This document shows, piece after piece, positions 1-10,677 of a stretch of 64,000 nt of DNA. This DNA comes from Nymphaea colorata. Its lineage: Eukaryota. Position 1 is the first letter of the stretch; every line of letters starts with the position of its first letter. The notes beneath the pieces are model-generated. The model made no database searches. It was not told the origin of the DNA and worked only from the letters and a program-made list of their open reading frames with translations. The stretch covers positions 21,700,001-21,764,000 of the forward strand of contig NC_045138.2 of NCBI RefSeq assembly GCF_008831285.2. The letters run 5' to 3'. Position numbers and translations under genes: made by a program.

Positions 1-1271
1 TTACTGTTGCGTACGTTACTGTAAAATTAAAATATTTTTTCCTTCCTTTGAACTTTCAATTAGATTTAACAATTGGAGGGCTTCCTTAGAAGTACATAGC
101 ACTCTCAGTAGGACATGCCAAAAAAAATTATGACGCAGTTAAGCAAATATTCAAGGATGTACTTAGTAAGCTTAAAATACTTTTCTTGGCTAATATATAA
201 GAAAGTGCTTCACATTGTATAATGTCGTGCATTTACACGACATTATGTCCTAAAGTGTGGTGACTTCACCAAATGAAACCCAAGGATTAGCAATTGATAA
301 CTCAAATCTACATTTCCGACACATTATTTGCAATTGGCGGCGGTAAAGTAGACCAGTTACTAGCAGCACCAAAATAAAAGTGGACTTAACTCACATTGAG
401 ACAAATTTTAACTCGCCCCAAAGGACATAGCTCAAACAGGCAGACTTGGAGCATGTTGGAGGTACGTCTCCAGTTCAAAACCTGCAGGGAGCAAAAGTCC
501 TCTCCAGTAAGGGGGGTGGGTCCTATGCACAAGTAAAAACATACAGAGTTCTTGCCACCTAAGTCACTGAAGTTGTCGATCATGCTTGTATCCAAGTTGC
601 AATCTACAGAATTTCTTAAGCCACTGTCCGACTGCCATTTTGTGTGTTTTTCATCGCTGTTAGTTGCTCTTGTATTAGATTACACTGAACAAACAATGCT
701 TCTTTTGACAGGGAAACCAACAACTAGTTACAATAAGTACTTGTTTCACTTCCAACAGCAAAGTAACATGGCCTGCTTGGGACTGTGATGAACATAATTT
801 TTGTCAACTGTTTGTAGATAATGAACAAAAAAGTATGGTGCACAATTAAGAGAGAACCAGCTTTTGTATCTGTCATCCAACCTGTTATATTTGTTATTTC
901 TTTCCGCAGAGCGGCTTGTGTTTAGGGTGCCAAGAGAGAGAGATGTCTACCATATGATTTCTTACTTTATTGTTCCATGAATCTAAAGATTCAAACAGTA
1001 TCATCCCACATTTGCAATCTTGTACCTCCAACGCAGATTCCACATGTTGGATTCGTCAAGGAACCAAACAGCATATTCCTCCCAACAAGAAGTGGATTCA
1101 TGTTCTATATTCTATATATATACACTTACAAAAAGGGGACATGAAACAACTTATTTAAACACAAACTTTTTACAAGCTTCAGGTAGAATCTAAGGGACCT
1201 ATACATACAATAAATGGTATGCAGCAGGTTCTAAGCACAACCAATGCAGAGCACTAAAGAGGAGGCTATGA

Positions 1272-3815
1272 TCAGTTCACTAAAGATGTCGATGATGAAA
1301 AATTTTGTTCTGGGTTCATCGCAGAAACAGAGGAACCAAATGCTTTGAAAGAAGGAAAAGAAGAGAGTGGTTGTGCTGAAGCTGCCATGGTCGAAAGCGC
1401 ACTCACAACACTTGCACTGTTACTCCTGTAGCTGGGAGCCGCATCTATGGGACTTGGAGTAGGGGGATTCTCCATAACAAGTATCCCTTCCAGCATCTGC
1501 ACTACCTTCCCCATATGCGGCCGTTGAGACGGCTGCTCCTGTATGCACCAGAAGCTCACCTGTACCGCCCTCAGCACCTGCTCCATATCTGCCTGCTTCA
1601 AGATTCTATTGTCTACGATCCTTTCAATGTTTCCTCTCTCAAACTCCTCAAAGGCCCAAGAAGAGAATTTCTTCATACCAGTCTCCTCACTCACATCAAA
1701 GTTTCTGTGCCCGCTGATCATCTCCAACAACACCATCCCGAAGCTATAAACATCAGATTTGGACGTGATGGGAAGATTGGCACGCCATTCTGGAGCCAAG
1801 TACCCCCTTGTTCCCCTGACGCTGGTTAAAGTTCGATACTGATTGTCCTTGTGATTGATAAGCTTAGCCAGGCCGAAATCGGAGACCTTGGCATTGTAGT
1901 TATCGTCCAAAAGAATGTTTTCCGGCTTGATGTCGCAGTGAACGATGCAATCTCTGCACTCCTCGTGCAAGTACGTGATCCCCCTTGCAGTGCCTAATGC
2001 TATTTTGAACCGAGCATCCCAATCCAGCCTCGCAGCGTTCTCTGAGAAGATGAAGCTATCGAGGGAGCCGTTGCGCATGAACTCGTAGACCAGGAGCCTG
2101 TGCCGACCCTCCGAGCAGAATCCGATCAACCTGACCAGATTCAGGTGGTGGGTGCTGCTAATGGCTGCCACCTCCATCCGGAACTGCTTCTCTCCTTGTT
2201 CTATCCCTTCCAATCGCTTAATGGCGACGATGGTCCTGTTGACGAGCGTCCCTCTGTACACCTGCCCGAACCCCCCTGCGCCGAGCGTCTCCTTGAACCC
2301 CTTGGTTGCTTGGTGGAGCTCCTTGTAGGAGAACTGAACCGGCGCGCCGGAGGCGTACTCCAGGAGCGCGTACTGCGAAGACAGCCCACCGAATTTGTTG
2401 CCCCTCCGGCACAGCCACCACCACAACACCGTTTCCAGACAGATCAAAGACGAGAGTGTAGCCACGATGACGACGACGATGAGACCGACGCGCAGCGCCG
2501 GATGAGGAAAACCCCTCTTGCCAGGGCCACCGGCGGAGGCCATGTCCGGGTTGAGGACGCCCAACCCACAGACCTTAACGAAGGAGGTACTCGGGACAAC
2601 CGAAGACTGGTAAGCACTGATGAAGTTTTTTATCTTGAAGAAGCACCGCCCCGACCCGTTATCGAGGGAGGTGGAGCCGGAGCATGCGCCGCCGGTCCTC
2701 AGGCAGTTTTCCTTGCAGGGAGAGAAGGGGATGAAGAAATACTGGTTGATGTCATCAGTGTCCGGGGGGTAAGTAAGGAAGATCGTGTTCTTCAGTTCAA
2801 GCATGGTGACATTGTCGGGGCAATCCCCAAGCAGCTGCTTCCTCTTGCAGCCCTGCCGCGGGTCGCCGGAATCGACGGGAACGAAGTCCTGGGAGAGGCA
2901 GGTGCACACCGGCTTTGTGTCGTTGTAGACGCACATACCATTGTTGCCGCACCACCCGTAGACCAGGCACTGGTCCTCCACGGCTGACCACTGCGGGCTC
3001 AGGCTTTTGCCGTCAAGGCTGTATGCCCTGAGGTTGCCGTCGGAATCCAATCTCAGGAACCTGAATGTCACGGACCCCGACGAATAGTCGCTGCTGTAAA
3101 TCCATTTAAACGGAGCCAAGAAGGAAGGATTGACCAGAGACACGACTCCGTCTATGTCCAACACCAGGGCAGGTAAGGTGAGCTTTCCGGCGATGCTAGA
3201 GTTGGAGATGGACCAGTACACGATGGTGTTGTAACTGCCCTTCCAGTTGAGGCGCAGCTCGACGTTTGACTTGACGAACTCGAAGGAGTAGGGGCCCGAC
3301 CGGAGGGTCTGCCCCGCGAGGAACTTTTGTTGCTGGACCAGGACGTCGGCGGGATGGCTGAAGGTGTCCCACACCGTGGAGGTGTCGTTCTTCAGAAAAA
3401 AGTTGCCGGAGTCGTCGACAGCAGCGACCGACACGCCCTTGTTCCCCGTACGGGACTGCCACACAACTGTGCCGGAGCCGTTGAGGAGCCGGAGATTGCC
3501 GTCGGAGGAGAAATTAAGGGAGGCACCGCCATCGACCACTGCGGGGGACGCGTCCCCGGCTGTCCAGACGAGTGTGGCAGAGGCAGAATGAGTTACCCCA
3601 GCGACAAACAGAGAGGGGTTCTGCTGGGATTTGGTGAAGCCGAAGGAGAAGGTCTTGCTGGGGGACATCCACTGAGTAGTGTCCGACGGGCGGAGAATCG
3701 TGCCGAGGGGGACGTCCGCACCGCTAACCAGCGCCGGAGCCGTGAAGAGAAGCCCATCCGGTGCTCCCGCCATCACCACCATCACCAAAAAACAAAAACG
3801 AGTTGTTGCGGCCAT
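1272..3815 (-). CDS. G-type lectin S-receptor-like Ser/Thr protein kinase (SD-2 type, At1g34300-like), single exon, 847 aa
   Basis: Uninterrupted ORF. The first in-frame ATG is at 3815 (MAATTRFCFLVMVVMAG, hydrophobic signal peptide); the ORF-track start at 4043 is a TTG. Domain order: bulb-lectin (FSFGF..LVWTAG, DGNLRLLN..VVWQS), EGF-like (CLVYGWCGNNGMC), PAN-like Cys cluster, TM helix, LLEYASGAPVQFSYKEL juxtamembrane, then kinase motifs GAGGFG, HCDIKPEN, DFGLAK, GTRGYLAPEW. Confidence 0.95.
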   Translation of the reverse strand: MAATTRFCFLVMVVMAGAPDGLLFTAPALVSGADVPLGTILRPSDTTQWMSPSKTFSFGFTKSQQNPSLFVAGVTHSASATLVWTAGDASPAVVDGGASLNFSSDGNLRLLNGSGTVVWQSRTGNKGVSVAAVDDSGNFFLKNDTSTVWDTFSHPADVLVQQQKFLAGQTLRSGPYSFEFVKSNVELRLNWKGSYNTIVYWSISNSSIAGKLTLPALVLDIDGVVSLVNPSFLAPFKWIYSSDYSSGSVTFRFLRLDSDGNLRAYSLDGKSLSPQWSAVEDQCLVYGWCGNNGMCVYNDTKPVCTCLSQDFVPVDSGDPRQGCKRKQLLGDCPDNVTMLELKNTIFLTYPPDTDDINQYFFIPFSPCKENCLRTGGACSGSTSLDNGSGRCFFKIKNFISAYQSSVVPSTSFVKVCGLGVLNPDMASAGGPGKRGFPHPALRVGLIVVVIVATLSSLICLETVLWWWLCRRGNKFGGLSSQYALLEYASGAPVQFSYKELHQATKGFKETLGAGGFGQVYRGTLVNRTIVAIKRLEGIEQGEKQFRMEVAAISSTHHLNLVRLIGFCSEGRHRLLVYEFMRNGSLDSFIFSENAARLDWDARFKIALGTARGITYLHEECRDCIVHCDIKPENILLDDNYNAKVSDFGLAKLINHKDNQYRTLTSVRGTRGYLAPEWRANLPITSKSDVYSFGMVLLEMISGHRNFDVSEETGMKKFSSWAFEEFERGNIERIVDNRILKQADMEQVLRAVQVSFWCIQEQPSQRPHMGKVVQMLEGILVMENPPTPSPIDAAPSYRSNSASVVSALSTMAASAQPLSSFPSFKAFGSSVSAMNPEQNFSSSTSLVN

Positions 3816-5932
3816 TAACAACCACAGAAGACAGCGGCGGCCGCAGCTGCAGGGGAGCGAGGGGAAGATGGTGGTGGAGGAACAGTAACAGCAACAGCAA
3901 CCGTTATAGCTATAGCTCTTCGCCAAGTCTGAAGGCGTCAACCGAAGGATCGACGTGCTGGAGGTGAGCGGGTTTGCCGCCTTGCCGGCCGCGCAGGGAA
4001 AGACGAAAATCACTTCCCCATTACTCACGCGACTTGGACTCAAATCTTACCCCCTTTCACTCCTTTTCTCGCTTCCCTTTCCAATTTAATTTCCGTCTCG
4101 CGGCACCGTATCGTATATCTGCCGTGCAAATACATCTTCACGCTGCCGGAATTTTTGGTTGTATTTCCCTCGGAAAAACAACTATTCGTCTGAGATGGGA
4201 AACTCTTCTCTCTAAGCCCGGCAAATACGCTTTCCTGGTAAATACGCCTTCGCATTATACTCAAATAAACCCGTGACGCGCTTGTGGGAAGAAGAGAGAA
4301 CCACACACTGAGATCCAATCAGAGTTCACCGTGTGAGAAAAGAATACAGAAGTGCTCCTTGTTTTTAAGTTGTTTTACTCAAATTCAATTATATTTGTCT
4401 GGACTGCTTCGTCTGTTTGAATGACATTCGTCGTTGAATAGCAGAAATCTGACATGACTTGAATGGTTAAATTGGTGACGTAGAATATTAGCTTTTGAGT
4501 TGAATTATTGTTTGGATTTTCATCAAATCAGAGTCACGTAAATCAAAATTTATACAATGAAATTGAGCTAAAAAATCAACTCCATGATTTGAAAAAGAGG
4601 AGAACAAACGGTGAACACAAATAAAAATTGTGACGTCTATCGTTTAAGAGAAGTAAGAACTCCATGATCGATCCATTTAACCATTTTTTATTATAAAAAT
4701 AAAACTGAATTAAAAATCATTCCGATGAAGTACACGCAAATTCATAAGAGTTCATAAATAAAAAGCAAATTATGGGGATAGTCATAGAATTGGAGTTGTC
4801 ATCCTGTGAAGAGCGATGGTGCCCCTTGGTCTATGGCAGGGTCACTATCAACCCTTGTTAGACAGCGAAGGTGGTCGGAGACTCGCGCTATTAAGAAAGG
4901 GTCGACGGCGATTTGGCGAACCTCCACCGGTAATATGGGTTCAACGACGCTACGCTGGTAGCCAAGAGTGGATGGCGGACCGTCACGAGGTCTCGCTGAT
5001 AGTGAGGGTCGACAGTGGCTTGCCGTCCAGTCAGGGTTGGCCTGGCCTGGCTTGGCAAAGAGAGGCCACGGTGACATGTATCTTTATTTTCTTGACAATT
5101 TTTTAATTAAAAAAATTGTTTGGAAAGGGTGATTTGATATTTTTGACATATTATCATAACATTTTTCTTAAAGCAATATGAAAATTTCATGCAAGTGTCA
5201 AGGGCATTATTTGAGGAGTTTGAAAAATTAGTTATTTATTTATAGGTGTGAGGGATTTCACAACTGTCACTCGATCCTTTATTCTTACAGAACACAAGGC
5301 CTCACTGGTCACTTCTACCTTGAAATTGTAATTTTTTTTTCTGGTTCAAATTTATTGTAGAAAGTTATTTAGCTCAAATCAATTAACACTTCCCTTGAGC
5401 TTGAGTTAATGAATGGTTTCCAAATAAGTTTATGTTTGATTGTTTTCAAAAGCTCCAATGCTTATCTCAAGAAAAGCTCTGAAACTCGTGAAGCGTTAGG
5501 CACTGATGTTGTCTTTGTGCGAGATTTTGGTTGGAGAAAATGACATTTATTGATAGACTTTCACAAAAAACAAAGTAATGTGAAAAAAAAGAAAAAAAGG
5601 AAGGCGGTGCCAAATTGCCAATACAATTTTTTCTCAAGATTGGCGTCTACTTTTAAGTGCATCCGGTGTAAAATTTTGAAAAATAACGTTTTGCCATTTA
5701 TATTTTTTAAAATTCTAATTTGGCCCATGTAAAAAATTTTAAAATGAAGTTGTCTGCTCAAAAAAATTTAGAATTTTTATTTAATCAAACAATTATCATG
5801 GTAGGCACCTCCAATATCAGAATTCTAGCTCCCCTTCTGGCTAATGTGGCTATGATCTGGTATAATTATCAAAGGCAGTCGGTTTTAGTGCCATGAATTA
5901 CATAAAGCTCTAGAAAGGAATGTGTTTTCACT

Positions 5933-6346
5933 GGGAGTGTGTTCGATGGCTTTGAATTTTGATTCTAGAATTAAAATTGTGGGAACAAAATTTTATTTTG
6001 AATTGGAATTGAAATGAAAATTTCAATTCTAGTTTCCCTTTGTGTTTGATTGTACCGAATTTTTATTTCAGAACTGAAAATAAAATGTTTGACAAAACAT
6101 GAATTAAAATTTTGAAATTGATAAATTAAAACCATCATGGCATGTGTCTCGAAGAGATAAAAAAAATTCTAAAATTCTGGAATCATAATTCCACCCCTCA
6201 TAGAATCACAACTTTAGAATTTTAATTTAAAAAATGTGCCTATAATTCCAAAATATAATTCTTTGTTCGACAATGCAATTCCCAATTCATCAAAAATAAG
6301 AATTTTAATTCTAGAATTCCATAATTTCGGCCCCATCAAACACCCC
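5933..6346. mobile_element. Tourist/PIF-Harbinger-like MITE
   Basis: Imperfect TIRs GGGAGTGTGTTCGATGG ... CCATCAAACACCCCC followed by TTA; AT-rich interior with many GAATT/AATTC motifs. Its right half recurs at ~7440-7620. Confidence 0.6.
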
Positions 6347-7439
6347 TTAAAATTTATGTGAGGAACTAGAGGACATAACTTTATGCAATAAAGAGACTGT
6401 GAAGTCTTAATATATCTTGTTACATTTAATCAGCCAAAACTCTTCAAGAAATTTAAATGAGTTGGCACAAGTATATAAATACTAGTAGTTAAGGAAGGTC
6501 ACTCGTATAAAAATATATGCTTATGTATGAAATTTTGCAATGTTGATAATGACCCCATTTATAGTTTGTATAAGGGATAACACAGTTATTATACTAGAAA
6601 TAGACTAACATAATGGCTTAGAGATAAGTAGCCTTCACTTCTCTCTTTGGATGAACAGGAGGGAGATCCAACCATCGTTTTAGAACATTATTTTCGATGA
6701 AAAAAACAAGGAAAACTTGAAGATAGATTGCGAGAGACAGAAAGAAAAGCGTGGCTTTTAGCAAAATGAGCTTGTCAAAAATCCCAATTGGCAGTAGAAG
6801 AGCCGAGTTTGAAATGGTACTTGAGTCTAAATTGTGTAAACTGTATAGTAGAACTTATTGTGTTCATAACTTTAACTATGATGATTTTAGCATTCATTTG
6901 AGAGTTGGAAACAAGGTCTTCCACAACGAAAGTTTTCTAGGCCAAAAAATCATATTTGTTCCAAAAAAGTGTTGAACAACATCAAATTTTGCAAGACTTG
7001 AGTTAAACTTAGTTGTATTTAGTATTGAGTAAATGTCAGTTCATGAAACATTCTCTTTTTCTAAAAAGTAACAACCCCTAAGGCATAATTGTTCATGACA
7101 GAGGTCATGACTAAACAAGCTTAATACCAGGAAATAGATACTTGAAAATGTTATGGAGAGTGAGAATGTTTGACTTCTTCTGGAGTCAAACTTTGGCATT
7201 GTCAAGGTAAGCTAAGCTAGCTTTGAGATTTCAATTTTATGAAGAGATATTGTTTCAACTTTTGTGAGGTTAACTATTTCAAGACTAAGAAATACGAGAC
7301 TATCTTAAAATATTGGTAGTGACAAGTAAAATGCAAAAACACCAAAACAAAATTACTTTTTGCATGATATTGTAATCCTTCAAAGAATATTTACTTATTT
7401 TTTGCATGATATTGCCCTAAAGAGAGATGAACAAATCTT

Positions 7440-7620
7440 TATAATTCTATAGTCATAATTCCACCCCCTTAGGTAGAATCACAATTCCGAAACTTTGATT
7501 AAAAAATGGGTCTACGATTCCATAATCAAAATTTTTCATTTGATAACACAATTCTCATTTCATCAAAAATGAAGATTTTAACTCTAAAATTTCACAATTC
7601 CGGTCTAATCAAACACCCCT
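7440..7620. mobile_element. Partial second copy of the 5933-6346 MITE
   Basis: Aligns by eye with 6170-6345 (CATAATTCCACCCC..AGAATCACAA..ATCAAACACCCC). Confidence 0.55.
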
Positions 7621-7639
7621 CTAGAAGAAAATATATGTT

Positions 7640-8170
7640 TGGGAATAGTTTGTAGACAAGCAAGATTGATGCCAAGCAGTCGTGGGGGCAGCAAGAAGTT
7701 AGTCTCCTTGTTAATTGGGAAGTGGAAAATGACAGAAAAGTCCGTCTCTTTTCTCAGAATTGGAAATGGGGAATCCTTTCCTACCTAATTACCGTGGAAG
7801 ATGAATATGTAGTAGATTGTTGTCCAGCCTCCTTGGCTTCAGCATAATAAGGTGACTTTGCTAAATGATGAAGAGGATAGAATGACGTGGGGTAACAAAG
7901 AGGTGGGGAATGTCAAAAGAATGGAGATATATCACAACAGTAGAGTACCATGAGTTATCAGAGATCAAAACAAATTTATTTGGAAAAACATTGCAATTCC
8001 GAGGGCATAATGGTGTCTTTATATTGCCTTAGAGGATAGGCTAGTCACCTTAAATAGACTAAAAAGACTTGCGATTGCTATTGTGAAAAGATGTGAGGTA
8101 TGTAAGGGGGAAGAGGGGTCTATTGAGCATCTCTTTTTGAGATGTAAAGTTGCAAGGAAGGTCTAGAACT
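7640..8170 (+). mobile_element. Degenerate L1-type LINE ORF2 3' end (zf-RVT zinc-binding region)
   Basis: 7978-8166 translates IWKNIAIPRA*WCLYIALEDRLVTLNRLKRLAIAIVKRCEVCKGEEGSIEHLFLRCKVARKV*, the Cx2C..E..HLF..C motif of plant L1 elements. RIGNGESF lies upstream at ~7756. In-frame stops are present. The remnant may extend further left. Confidence 0.75.
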
Positions 8171-8545
8171 TTTGAGGAGGAAATATGAATGCAACATCAA
8201 TACTCTGCATTTGTCATTAGGAATAAGGTGGAGTGTTCCACGAATCTATCCCAAAATCAGAGTGTTTCATGAATCTACCCCAAAATCAAGGTAGAATCAT
8301 AGGACACTTGAACATTAATTTCAGGAATAGTATGCAATTGGTTCATGAATGTGACAAAAAAAATAGAGCGGATTCATGAAACAGTTTAAACAATGTTGTA
8401 TTAATCTGCCCCAACATTTGCGACAAATTCATGGAATAGTTACAAACTATTACATTTGCCAAACAGGGTCTAACGGGTCATTCTGGTAATTGGAATATTC
8501 TATGAGCATCCTATGAAACTGCTTAATAAAGGGTGGCAGATTCAT

Positions 8546-8915
8546 GGAACACTAAAACTAAGTGTCTATAGATCAGGACAAGTTTATGAAACATTCACAA
8601 TGTAACACCCTAGAAGTTTAGTCTCGTATCGAAGATTGTGAAGGATTTTCAATGGCTTATAAAGGGAGGCCATTAATGAGATGATTGTCCTGGTTCCTAG
8701 CCTTTTTTAGCATTGGAACCGAAACTGCTAGGAACACTAAAACTAAGTGTCTATAGATCAGGACAAGTTTATGGAACATTCACAATGTAACACCCTAGAA
8801 GTTTAGTATCGTATCGAAGATTGTGAGGGATTTTCAATGGCTTATAAAGGGAGGTCATTAATGAGATGATTGTCCTGGTTCCTAGCCTTTTTTAGGATTG
8901 AAACCGAAATTGCTA
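8546..8915 (+). repeat. 185-bp tandem duplication spanning the flank/TRIM 5' LTR junction
   Basis: GGAACACTAAAACTAAG at 8546 and 8731; TGTAACACCCTAG at 8601 and 8786 (period 185). Confidence 0.9.
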
Positions 8916-9062
8916 GGGGGTGGGTTAGGATCCGTCGAACCAGGGGCCCGAGCCCGGGAGTGGGTCGGGTTGTTACAGTGGTATCAGAGCAGTTTCAACA
9001 CTCGGATCTTGGGTCCCACACGCGCGGACGCGTGTGCCTTAAGGGGGGTGGATTGTAACACC

Positions 9063-10677
9063 AAGGGCTGCACACGAGCCGAGTCAAGCTCGAGCTTGCC
9101 CAGCTCGAGCTCGACTCGGCTCACAGAGCTCGAGCTCGAACTCGAGTCGAGCTCCCTGACACAAGCTCGAGCTCGACTCGATTATACAGAGTCGAGCTTG
9201 AACTCGACTCCCTTAACTCGATTAACTCGAGTATGTCTTGTTTCTCTAAACTTGAAACGTACAAGGCGACAAGAAACCTGGAAATGAATGGAATTAAGGG
9301 AAGGATCACCGGTTCTTCCATGCGCCATTGAAGCAAATGATTCATCCACTTCTTCCTCAAGCAGCGTCGTCCTATCTCTTAGCTCCAGCAAGCTCCACGA
9401 GGCATCCTGCCAAACATCTTCATCATCTTCACATACATATCTACATACAGACGCACACACATAGACACACAGTCCCACACACAGAGGTGCCTCACCTGGA
9501 ACAGGGGAAAAAGAGAAGCGAGGAAGCCAGCGGCAAAGAAGAGGGAGCAGAGGATGAAAACAAGCGGTAGACCCACATGCCTCCCGCAGTTTTGAGAGGA
9601 AGCCACCTTGCCCTTCACTTTCATCTCTCTCTGACCTTCTTCTTCTCAGGCAGCACAGCAATTCGGCCTATCTTCCAGTATACTAACACAAGCTAATCAG
9701 AGACAGAGATAACTAAGGAATATCCCTGCACAAAGCTAAAGAAAATTGGCAGTTCCCTCTGTCACCGCTCTTCCTTGCCCGTGAAAGCCGCCTCTTTGAT
9801 TCGTTTGGCTTACCTTCCAAAGGAGGCTTACCTTCCAAACCCCGAACAACCAAAATCAGAGAAACGAAGTGGAGATGGGGTGAAAGAGGGGAAGTGAAAC
9901 GATCTTACCTGTGAAGAAATACGATCGACCAACGGGCTTTGTGATGAGAAGAGAATCGAAGGAGCTTCAAAAGAACACTAGGGTTTCAGGGAAAGCCCAC
10001 CACCTCCGTCTCGACATTCACCTGCGAAAAAAGCCCAAAACGTGTATGGCAAAGCTTCAAAAGAACCCTAGGGTTTCAGGGAAAGGCGAGAAGAGAGCCT
10101 AACCAGTATAATGGCCGAACTCTGCCGAATGGATGGTGGTGGTCATGGCGCGTGCGGCGGTGAGTTGGTGTGGGTGGTAGAGAGGAGAGAGAGCGGCAGT
10201 GAGTCGGTGCGGTCATGGGCCCTCAGCGTTGATAGACCCTCAACGAGGGTTCTCTGAAACCCTCATCGTTGAGAGACCCTCAACGAGGGTTCTCTGAAAC
10301 CCTCGTTCAAGAGGGTTTCTTTGGAAGCCTCGTTGAGGGCTTTAGAGGGTTGAGAGACCCTGAGAGAGAGAGAAAAAAGGAGGGAGAAGTCGAAACGGCA
10401 ATGTTAAAAATGTAAACGTAATAAACAAAAACCTAAATCGGTGAATCGGTAGCCCAGTGAACCGGTTCATATAATTAAGCTAAACGATTTTCAACAATCG
10501 AAACGAGTCGCGCATAAACGAGTCTAGTTCTTACAACTCGAACTCAACTCGTTTAATGTTTCGAGTATATGCTTAAACTCAAACTCGACTCGTTTATAAA
10601 CAAGCGGAGCTCGAGTCGAGTTTTTCTGAGCAAGTTCGAGTCGAGCCCGAGTTTGCTCGACTCGTTGTGCAGCCCTA
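9063..10677. mobile_element. Non-autonomous hAT element carrying a captured gene fragment (Pack-hAT)
   Basis: TIRs (A)AGGGCTGCAC ... GTGCAGCCCTA; perfect 8-bp TSD GTAACACC at 9055-9062 and 10678-10685; subterminal CTCGAG/CTCGAC arrays at both ends; no transposase. Confidence 0.92.
9278..9624 (-). pseudogene. Captured 5' fragment (exons 1-2) of a prolyl 4-hydroxylase gene, P4H9-like
   Basis: Exon 9624-9496 reads MKVKGKVASSQNCGRHVGLPLVFILCSLFFAAGFLASLFPLFQ. A GT..AG intron follows at 9495-9407. Exon 9406-9278 reads DASWSLLELRDRTTLLEEEVDESFASMAHGRTGDPSLNSIHFQ|GT. This matches the remembered P4H9 N-terminal pattern (basic N-terminus, LGLxxVxxxCSLxFxxGF anchor, SMxHGxTGxxSxxSIPFQ|VLSW). The catalytic domain is absent. 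Confidence 0.8.

Noticed and set aside
2100..2987. 295-aa plus-strand ORF antisense to the receptor kinase
   Set aside because: No recognisable motif, non-ATG start; expected shadow of GC-rich codon usage on the coding strand.
3816..4043. 76-codon N-terminal extension of the kinase in the ORF track
   Set aside because: Starts at TTG, is low-complexity, and would bury the signal peptide; treated as 5' UTR.
4797..5076. GC-rich island with TGTCA...TGACA ends, possible solo LTR
   Set aside because: Flanks GGAGT/TGTAT are not a TSD and there is no second copy in the window.
9070..9232. CTCGAG-type and CGTATCG-type short repeat arrays as CRISPR-like arrays
   Set aside because: No regular repeat-spacer period, eukaryotic context; they are hAT subterminal repeats.
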